From positions 1-41,216 of the IMG/VR virus record IMGVR_UViG_3300043610_000016: a DNA stretch of 41,216 bases, one strand, 5' to 3'. Origin of the DNA: a virus (taxonomy: Duplodnaviria > Caudoviricetes). Under the pieces are notes generated by a model. That model was not told the origin of the DNA. It was given only the letters and a program-made list of their open reading frames with translations, and did no database searches. Positions 35,388-41,216 of this stretch are shown in pieces; positions within the stretch are counted from its first letter, which is position 1; each line of letters begins with the position of its first letter. Made by a program: the position numbers and the translations under genes.

Positions 35388-36546
35388 CACCGACAACGGC
35401 CGACCAGAAGACGTACAGGTCGAAGAGGCCCCGAAAAGCCTGCGTGAGATCGCGGAACAAAGCTGGAACGAGGTCGAGGCCGAAGCGGCGGAAGAAGCCG
35501 CGCAGGAGACCGGCGAACCGCAAACTGGACAAGAAGGCCGAAGCAGGGATAGCTTGGGCCGGTTCGCACCATCGGGAGAGCAGTCGCAAGACCCAGCCCC
35601 GGGAACACAAATTCAGGCACCCACAGGTGTGCAGCCTCACCCAGCCCCCGAGGGGAGTAGCAGTGAAGCGCCTGCGCATTGGAGCCCTGAAGATCGCAAC
35701 ACATTCCAGAAACTGCCGAAAGAGGGTCAAGACTTCCTCCTGCGGCGGCACACCGAGATGGAGCGCGATTATCAGGGGAAGGTGCAGCAGAGCGCGACAG
35801 CAGTGCAGTTTACGCAAGCCGTTGCGCCCGTCTTCGAAGAGCCCCGACTGAAGGCCTCATTGGCCAACGTCGACGGTAGGCCGCTCCACCCGGTTCACGC
35901 GATCCAGCAGTGGGCGGCCTTCCATCTCCGCGCCATGGACCCCGATCCACGGGTGCGGCAGGGGCTCTTGCAGGAGCTGGCGCAACGCATGCAACTGGAC
36001 CCAGCGGCCCTCGGCAACTCGCCGCCGCAAGGCTTGTCCGAACAGGATATGGCCGACCCGGCAATTCGCTATTTTGTCGATCACGTCGGCAAGACGGTGC
36101 AGGAAGTTCAGGCCCTGAGGGGTGAGTTGAATACGTTCAAGGCTTCCGAACAGGAGCGCCAGAACGAGGCCGTCCTCAGGACCACGCGACAAGGGATCGA
36201 CAGTTTTGCCGAGGCAAAGGACCCACAGGGAAACAAGCTTTATCCGCATTTCGATGCGGTGCTCCCGCAGCTCATCGAGCTGTTCCGGGTCGACCCGAAC
36301 CGCGATCTCAAGGAAGCATATGACACCGCTGTCTGGATGGCTCCAACCGTCCGGCAGGGTCTGCTGCAGCAGGAGCGATCCCGCGACGAGCAGAAGCGCC
36401 AAAACGGTCGTGCCTCACTGGCGGCACGCGGCAACATTCGTGGCCGCACATCTCCCGTCAGCAAGCCCGACACCAATGGCACGGGGCCAAAATCCTTGAG
36501 GGACACGATTGCAGCGGCTGCAGATGAGGTCGGCTTCGAGGGCTGA
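35380..36546 (+). CDS. Scaffolding protein
   Basis: Acidic; RD..GRFA, AP..W, L..AY..A.W and terminal SLRD motifs; precedes the capsid gene. Confidence 0.8.
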   Translation: MSDTDNGRPEDVQVEEAPKSLREIAEQSWNEVEAEAAEEAAQETGEPQTGQEGRSRDSLGRFAPSGEQSQDPAPGTQIQAPTGVQPHPAPEGSSSEAPAHWSPEDRNTFQKLPKEGQDFLLRRHTEMERDYQGKVQQSATAVQFTQAVAPVFEEPRLKASLANVDGRPLHPVHAIQQWAAFHLRAMDPDPRVRQGLLQELAQRMQLDPAALGNSPPQGLSEQDMADPAIRYFVDHVGKTVQEVQALRGELNTFKASEQERQNEAVLRTTRQGIDSFAEAKDPQGNKLYPHFDAVLPQLIELFRVDPNRDLKEAYDTAVWMAPTVRQGLLQQERSRDEQKRQNGRASLAARGNIRGRTSPVSKPDTNGTGPKSLRDTIAAAADEVGFEG

Positions 36547-36566
36547 GTGCCCAATGGAGCTGTGCC

Positions 36567-37520
36567 ATGGCCGAACCTACGGTCAATCAACTGGTCGCGA
36601 CGACCATCGCGAACTACCACAAGCAATTTGCCGACAACGTCAGCAATTCGAATGCCGTCACCGCGCTTCTGCGCATGGGCGACCGCATTCGGACGGTCGA
36701 CGGTGGCCGGTCGATTGCCTGCCCGCTGACCTACGCCGAAGAAACCTTCGCGTGGTACACCGGCACCGAGCTGCTCTCCCGGGCAGTGAAGGAAACGATC
36801 TCGGAGGCGGACTACGAGCCCGCCAACGCTGTCGCATCGGTCACCCTGTCGGGTCCCGATCTGGCAAAAAACAAGGGCAAGGAGCGCACCCTCAACCTGC
36901 TCGAGGGCAAGCTCGATAACGCCGAAGCCACGATGAAAAACAACATCACCAAGGCCGTCTATGGCGACGGCACGGTGGCGAAGTCTTTCGCCGGGCTGAA
37001 GGCGTTCATCACCGATGATGGCACCGGCACTGTCGGCGGCATCAATGCGACCACATGGCCGTTCTGGAAGAACCAGTTCCAGTCTGTCGCCCGGGCAACC
37101 GGCCTGCAGTACCCGGCCCTGAAAGCTGGCATGAACGCGCTGTGGATGAAGCTCATCCGTGGCACGGAAAAGCCGGACCTCGTCCTCGGCGACGGGGAGG
37201 TCTATGCGACCTACGAAAGTGGCCTGCAGGAGAACCAGCGCTACGCCGACGCCAAACTGGGCGCGCTCGGCTTCGAAACCCTCAAGTACAAGTCGGCCGC
37301 CATCGTTTTCGACGGTGCGGCCACCGGTCTCGTCGGCGGGTACATGGTCAACACCAAGTACCTGAAGCTCGAGGTCTACGAGGGGCGCAATTTCGACGCG
37401 CTCGACCTGCCTGACCAGTCCCCGGACATGGACGCCATCACCAAGCACCTCGCCTTCATGGGAGCGATAACGCTCTCCAATCGCGCGATGCAGGGACGGC
37501 TGCTCCTGACCGGAACGTAA
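36567..37520 (+). CDS. Major capsid protein
   Basis: 317 aa; ADNVS.SN, YGDGT....F.GL, QRY......LGF..L.Y. Confidence 0.9.
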   Translation: MAEPTVNQLVATTIANYHKQFADNVSNSNAVTALLRMGDRIRTVDGGRSIACPLTYAEETFAWYTGTELLSRAVKETISEADYEPANAVASVTLSGPDLAKNKGKERTLNLLEGKLDNAEATMKNNITKAVYGDGTVAKSFAGLKAFITDDGTGTVGGINATTWPFWKNQFQSVARATGLQYPALKAGMNALWMKLIRGTEKPDLVLGDGEVYATYESGLQENQRYADAKLGALGFETLKYKSAAIVFDGAATGLVGGYMVNTKYLKLEVYEGRNFDALDLPDQSPDMDAITKHLAFMGAITLSNRAMQGRLLLTGT

Positions 37521-37560
37521 GAGCCGGAAAACCCGGCAAGTCACTCTGCCGGGCTTCTGG

Positions 37561-37608
37561 GGCAGGTGGTGGGAAGCCCTAGCCCCGCCACCTGCCTTTC
37601 ACTAGGGC
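37561..37608 (+). terminator. Post-capsid hairpin/attenuator with pseudoknot potential
   Basis: GGCAGGTGGTGGG/CCCGCCACCTGCC stem followed by TTTC. Confidence 0.6.
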
Positions 37609-37626
37609 AAAAGAAGGAGCGAAGAC

Positions 37627-38166
37627 ATGAACGACAACCCGACACTGGTCCGTTTCTACATCGGCTGGGCCGACACGGGCGCGCCCGGCGCAGACGGCAT
37701 GCCGCAGTACGAGCAGCAGACGATGATCCAGCTCGACCGGCCGCCATTTCTGTCCGTCACCCGCGTCGCCACCGAAGAGGATATCGACGACCACCCCGAG
37801 CCATACCGCCTGTTCGAGAAGGAGCAGAAGGCCAAGAACCTGAAGCCGACCGAGAACGGCTTCCCGCTCGCCCTGTGGCCGGTCATCAACGAATTTCACC
37901 TGAAGATGTTCGCTGCCAAGGACGTCTACACGGTCGAGCAGCTGGCCAAGCTCGCCAAACGCAAGGACATGCCGCCCGATTTCATCGAGCTGGCCGAGCG
38001 CGCCGCCCAGATGGTCTCCCTGATGAACAGCGGCGGCAAGCACGAAGCGACGATCCGCGAGCTGAAGGGTCAGGTCGAGGCGCTGAAGGAACAGGTCGCC
38101 GACGCCCTGAACACCATTGCGACGCAGAAAGAGCTGATGACCACCCTGAAGACGCGGGTGGCGTGA
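37627..38166 (+). CDS. Hypothetical structural/assembly protein
   Basis: AAGGAG RBS; G.PL..WP...TVEQLA; coiled-coil C-terminus. Confidence 0.7.
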   Translation: MNDNPTLVRFYIGWADTGAPGADGMPQYEQQTMIQLDRPPFLSVTRVATEEDIDDHPEPYRLFEKEQKAKNLKPTENGFPLALWPVINEFHLKMFAAKDVYTVEQLAKLAKRKDMPPDFIELAERAAQMVSLMNSGGKHEATIRELKGQVEALKEQVADALNTIATQKELMTTLKTRVA

Positions 38167-38167
38167 A

Positions 38168-38584
38168 ATGGCCCAGCTCGGCACCGCCAAGGATATCATC
38201 AATCAGGCCAGTCAAGAGATCGGCCTGACGCAGAAAGCGATATCCACGGTCACAGGCAACGATCAGGACATCTCCCAGATGCTGTCGCTGCTGTCGAACG
38301 TTGCCGACGAGGTGCTGCTCGAGGAACCCTACGACACCCTCCTCGGTGACGGCGTCTGGTGCGTCGACAAGGACGGCAAGCCCAAACTGCAGCCGACCAC
38401 CGACGACGACGTCATCCTGTTCGACCGGCGTCTGGCCATCGACGGGGCCAAGTACCGTTTCCTGAAGGCCAAGGGCCTCGAGTTTGGCGAGGAGCTGCGC
38501 GACTTCACCACCCGCATGAACAAGATCGCGGGGCGCAACACCCGCGTCCTCGACCTCGACACCGACGAGGGGCGCGTCGCATGA
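38168..38584 (+). CDS. Head-tail adaptor
   Basis: Synteny; II..A..EIGL...RFLKAKGL. Confidence 0.65.
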   Translation: MAQLGTAKDIINQASQEIGLTQKAISTVTGNDQDISQMLSLLSNVADEVLLEEPYDTLLGDGVWCVDKDGKPKLQPTTDDDVILFDRRLAIDGAKYRFLKAKGLEFGEELRDFTTRMNKIAGRNTRVLDLDTDEGRVA

Positions 38585-40152
38585 GGATGATGCCGGTCAG
38601 GAAATACAATGCGAAGCCGATGCAGGTGAAGCGGCAGGCCTCTGACCTGAAGCATTTCACCGCGCCGCTGAAGGGCCTGTCGCTGTCGACGGCGCTGACG
38701 CCCGGCGACCCCCTGACCGCGCCGATCCTGTCGAACTGGGTGCTGGAGGAGGACAAGATCACCCTGCGTCCCGGCACCTTCAAGGTGTTCACCGATGTCG
38801 ACGGCTTCGCGGTCGAGACCATCGTGCCGTTCTACGGCTTCCCCACCGCCAAGGTGGCCGCCACCAATGGCAAGCTGGTGCATATGACCGGGCTGGTGCT
38901 CGAGGATGATTTTTCCTCCAACGACTGGTCGTGGACCTCGTTCGTCAATCTCGGCTCGCAGGAGTACACCCTGATGGCCAACGGCTCGGACGGCGTCTGG
39001 AGCTGGGACGGGGCCGACGCCTGCGTCAAGGAGACGATCACCTTCACCGGCAATGCGTGGTTCAATCAGGACCACATCCAGATCGTCATGACCCACCAGA
39101 ACCGCGTCTGGTTCGCCGACCGCGACAATCTGACGGTGTACTATCTGCCGATCCAGCAGAAGAGCGGCAACGTCTCGCAGCTGCCGGTCAACCAGCTGTT
39201 CAAGCGCGGTGGCACCATCCGTGCCATGTACACATGGTCTATCGACGGCGGCGCGGGCATGGACGACCGGCTGGTGATTTTCTCATCCAACAACGAGTGC
39301 GCCATCTATCAGGGCAGCGACCCGGATGATCCGACAGGCAATTTCGGCCTCGTCGGCGTCTACCGTTTCGACAGCCCGATGAGCAAGCACAGCGTCGTGC
39401 AGTATGGCGGCGATCTCTACGTGCTGATCTCCACCGGGCTGGTGCCGATGTCGACCATGCTCAGGGCCGAAGGCGAGAAGCTGGGCAAATCCGACCAGAA
39501 CGTCGTGACCCTGTTCACCGAGCTATCGACCCCCTATCGCGGCCGCAACGGCTGGTCGGTGCAGCTCGACTACTCGACCGGGCGGATGATCTGCAACCTG
39601 CCGCAGGGCGCGCCCAACCGGTACCGGCAGCTGGTCAGGAAGATGCCGACCAACTACTTCGTCGAGTGGGCCGACGTCCCGGCGCGCTGCTGGCAGTGGC
39701 TCGACGATCAGATGTTCTTCGGCGACGACAAGGGCAACATCTTCGAGATGCACCCCCGCTACCTGTCGGACAACAATCTGCCGATCCACGTCGATATCCA
39801 GTTCGCATGGTCGAATTTCAAGACCCCGGCGCTGAAGCAATTCAAGATGATCCGGCCCTACATCCTGACCGATGGCGAACCCACGCCCTACGTCGACATC
39901 CGCACCGACTATGACACCTCGCCGCCCTTCAACCGGCCGGACCTCGCCTTCACCGTCGAGGGGGCCGAATGGGACATCGCGCCATGGGACACCTCGAACT
40001 GGGCAGCCGGGGTCCGCTCGGTCGTCCGCTGGAACGGTGTTGCTGGCCGGGGCAGTGTCGGCGCGGCGCGCATCGCCGCCGATCTGATCGGCACCCAGTT
40101 CTCGGTTTCCGGCGTCGACGTCGTTTTCGAAAGCGGGAGTATCATGGGATGA
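38581..40152 (+). CDS. Tail nozzle/DNA stabilisation protein (P22 gp10-like position)
   Basis: Beta-rich, 523 aa; WD...WD...W near the C-terminus; synteny. Confidence 0.75.
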   Translation: MRMMPVRKYNAKPMQVKRQASDLKHFTAPLKGLSLSTALTPGDPLTAPILSNWVLEEDKITLRPGTFKVFTDVDGFAVETIVPFYGFPTAKVAATNGKLVHMTGLVLEDDFSSNDWSWTSFVNLGSQEYTLMANGSDGVWSWDGADACVKETITFTGNAWFNQDHIQIVMTHQNRVWFADRDNLTVYYLPIQQKSGNVSQLPVNQLFKRGGTIRAMYTWSIDGGAGMDDRLVIFSSNNECAIYQGSDPDDPTGNFGLVGVYRFDSPMSKHSVVQYGGDLYVLISTGLVPMSTMLRAEGEKLGKSDQNVVTLFTELSTPYRGRNGWSVQLDYSTGRMICNLPQGAPNRYRQLVRKMPTNYFVEWADVPARCWQWLDDQMFFGDDKGNIFEMHPRYLSDNNLPIHVDIQFAWSNFKTPALKQFKMIRPYILTDGEPTPYVDIRTDYDTSPPFNRPDLAFTVEGAEWDIAPWDTSNWAAGVRSVVRWNGVAGRGSVGAARIAADLIGTQFSVSGVDVVFESGSIMG

Positions 40153-40637
40153 GCGTCTCCTTCCGCGCCGATCAGGACTTCCTCGACTTCATGCTCGACG
40201 AGCTGCAGCTCGATCTGTCAAAGCAGCAGTTGGACGGCCCGTCGTGGTTTACCGTCACCGTCAGGGCCGAGCACGGCGCTGTGATCGCGGCGCTGGCCTG
40301 CGAGTTCTGGGCGGCCTTCGACTGCAAGTTCACGGCTGCGATTGTTGATGAGCGGGCGATCACGCCGAAGCTGCTGCACGTCATTTTCGAAACACTGTTT
40401 GCCAAGGCTGTTCGGATTACCGCCGAGGTCGACCCGGACAACTTCGAAAGCATCGACAGGCTGGAGCGCCTCGGCTTCGTCTACGAGGGTTTCAAGCGCA
40501 AGGGTCTGGACGGCGTCCATGACGCACTGGCCTACGGCATGCTTGCCGAGGATTGCAATTTTTTGCCGGGAGCTAGGGCCTCCCAAGACGATGTAAAACC
40601 GGAGGCCCCCGATGGTATCCCAACCGAAGTCGCCTGA
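40149..40637 (+). CDS. GNAT-fold protein (P22 gp14-like position)
   Basis: RITA.V...N..S...LERLGFVYEG. Confidence 0.75.
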   Translation: MSVSFRADQDFLDFMLDELQLDLSKQQLDGPSWFTVTVRAEHGAVIAALACEFWAAFDCKFTAAIVDERAITPKLLHVIFETLFAKAVRITAEVDPDNFESIDRLERLGFVYEGFKRKGLDGVHDALAYGMLAEDCNFLPGARASQDDVKPEAPDGIPTEVA

Positions 40638-41216
40638 TCCCTATGCAACGGCGGCGGCGCAGCAGAGCGCCAATATCGGCTCGTCGGCAGCATCGGCGAT
40701 CATCAACAATGCCAACGAGAACAACCCCTATGGCTCGGTGAAGTACAGCAACATCGGCTACGAAACCGTCACCGACGCGCAGGGCAAGCCGCAGCAGGTG
40801 CCGCGCTACCAGCGCGACGTCACCCTGTCGCCCGAGCAGCAGGGCCTGCTGAACCTTTCCAACCAGACGCAGACCAACCTCGGCCAGCTCGGGGTCTCCC
40901 AGTCGTCGCGGCTGCAGGGCCTCTTGGGTCAGGAGATGAACACCGAAGGGCTGCAGGACTGGTCGACCGGCGTTGCCCCGACCGCCTATGACCAGAACGC
41001 CTATGGCGAGCAGCGCGATCAGGTGACCAATGCCCTGATGGAGCGCTACCGGACGCAGACCGAGCCGCAACGGCAGGCGCAGGAGGCGAGCCTCGCCGCG
41101 CGCGGCCTTGCCCCGGGATCAAACAACTGGGGCTCGGTACAGGACGCCCAGAACCGGCAGGACACCGATCAGACCGCAGCGGCCGTCGTTGCCGGTGGTG
41201 CCGAGCAGTCGCGCAT
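40612..41216 (+). CDS. 5' part of the ejection protein that continues at 2-682
   Basis: GGAGG RBS; MVSQPKSPDPYATAAAQ...N...PYGS...TLSPEQQ; open to the window end. Confidence 0.85.
   Translation, partial: MVSQPKSPDPYATAAAQQSANIGSSAASAIINNANENNPYGSVKYSNIGYETVTDAQGKPQQVPRYQRDVTLSPEQQGLLNLSNQTQTNLGQLGVSQSSRLQGLLGQEMNTEGLQDWSTGVAPTAYDQNAYGEQRDQVTNALMERYRTQTEPQRQAQEASLAARGLAPGSNNWGSVQDAQNRQDTDQTAAAVVAGGAEQSR
41073..41216 (+). repeat. Terminal redundancy, copy 2
   Basis: 142/144 identical to 1-144. Confidence 0.97.

Noticed and set aside
41073-41216. Biological direct terminal repeat
   Set aside because: It falls mid-gene and has the size of an assembly overlap; the real termini cannot be inferred.

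Overview
This window looks like a complete, circularly permuted temperate podovirus-type phage genome of about 41,072 bp. Positions 1-144 recur at 41073-41216, and one ORF reads through the junction. The host is most likely an alphaproteobacterium (Hyphomicrobiales-like), based on the GcrA homolog, an attP matching the 3' half of an alphaproteobacterial-type tRNA-Lys(UUU), and apparent GANTC avoidance. Modules are: ejection/internal virion proteins and tail fibres (40612-12118, across the junction); a short leftward operon (12147-13557); attP with integrase and excisionase (13650-15458); a leftward recombination operon (15455-18556); an AT-rich divergent control region with no cI gene (18557-18984); cro, gcrA, nucleases and replication genes (18985-22081); GH25 endolysin, HTH and terS (22081-23594); a ~6.7 kb accessory block headed by a serine recombinase that separates terS from terL (23595-30325); and terL, portal, scaffold, capsid and tail nozzle (30326-40637). 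The most notable observations are: a tandem two-hairpin element with compensatory base changes upstream of terL (candidate new ncRNA); an Acb2/Tad1-like sponge gene inside the head module; a probably ejected HhH-glycosylase-like protein; apparent GANTC depletion alongside a phage GcrA, a DnaA box and no CI repressor; and a possible pseudoknot after the capsid gene. All product calls come from motif recognition by eye, not database searches.
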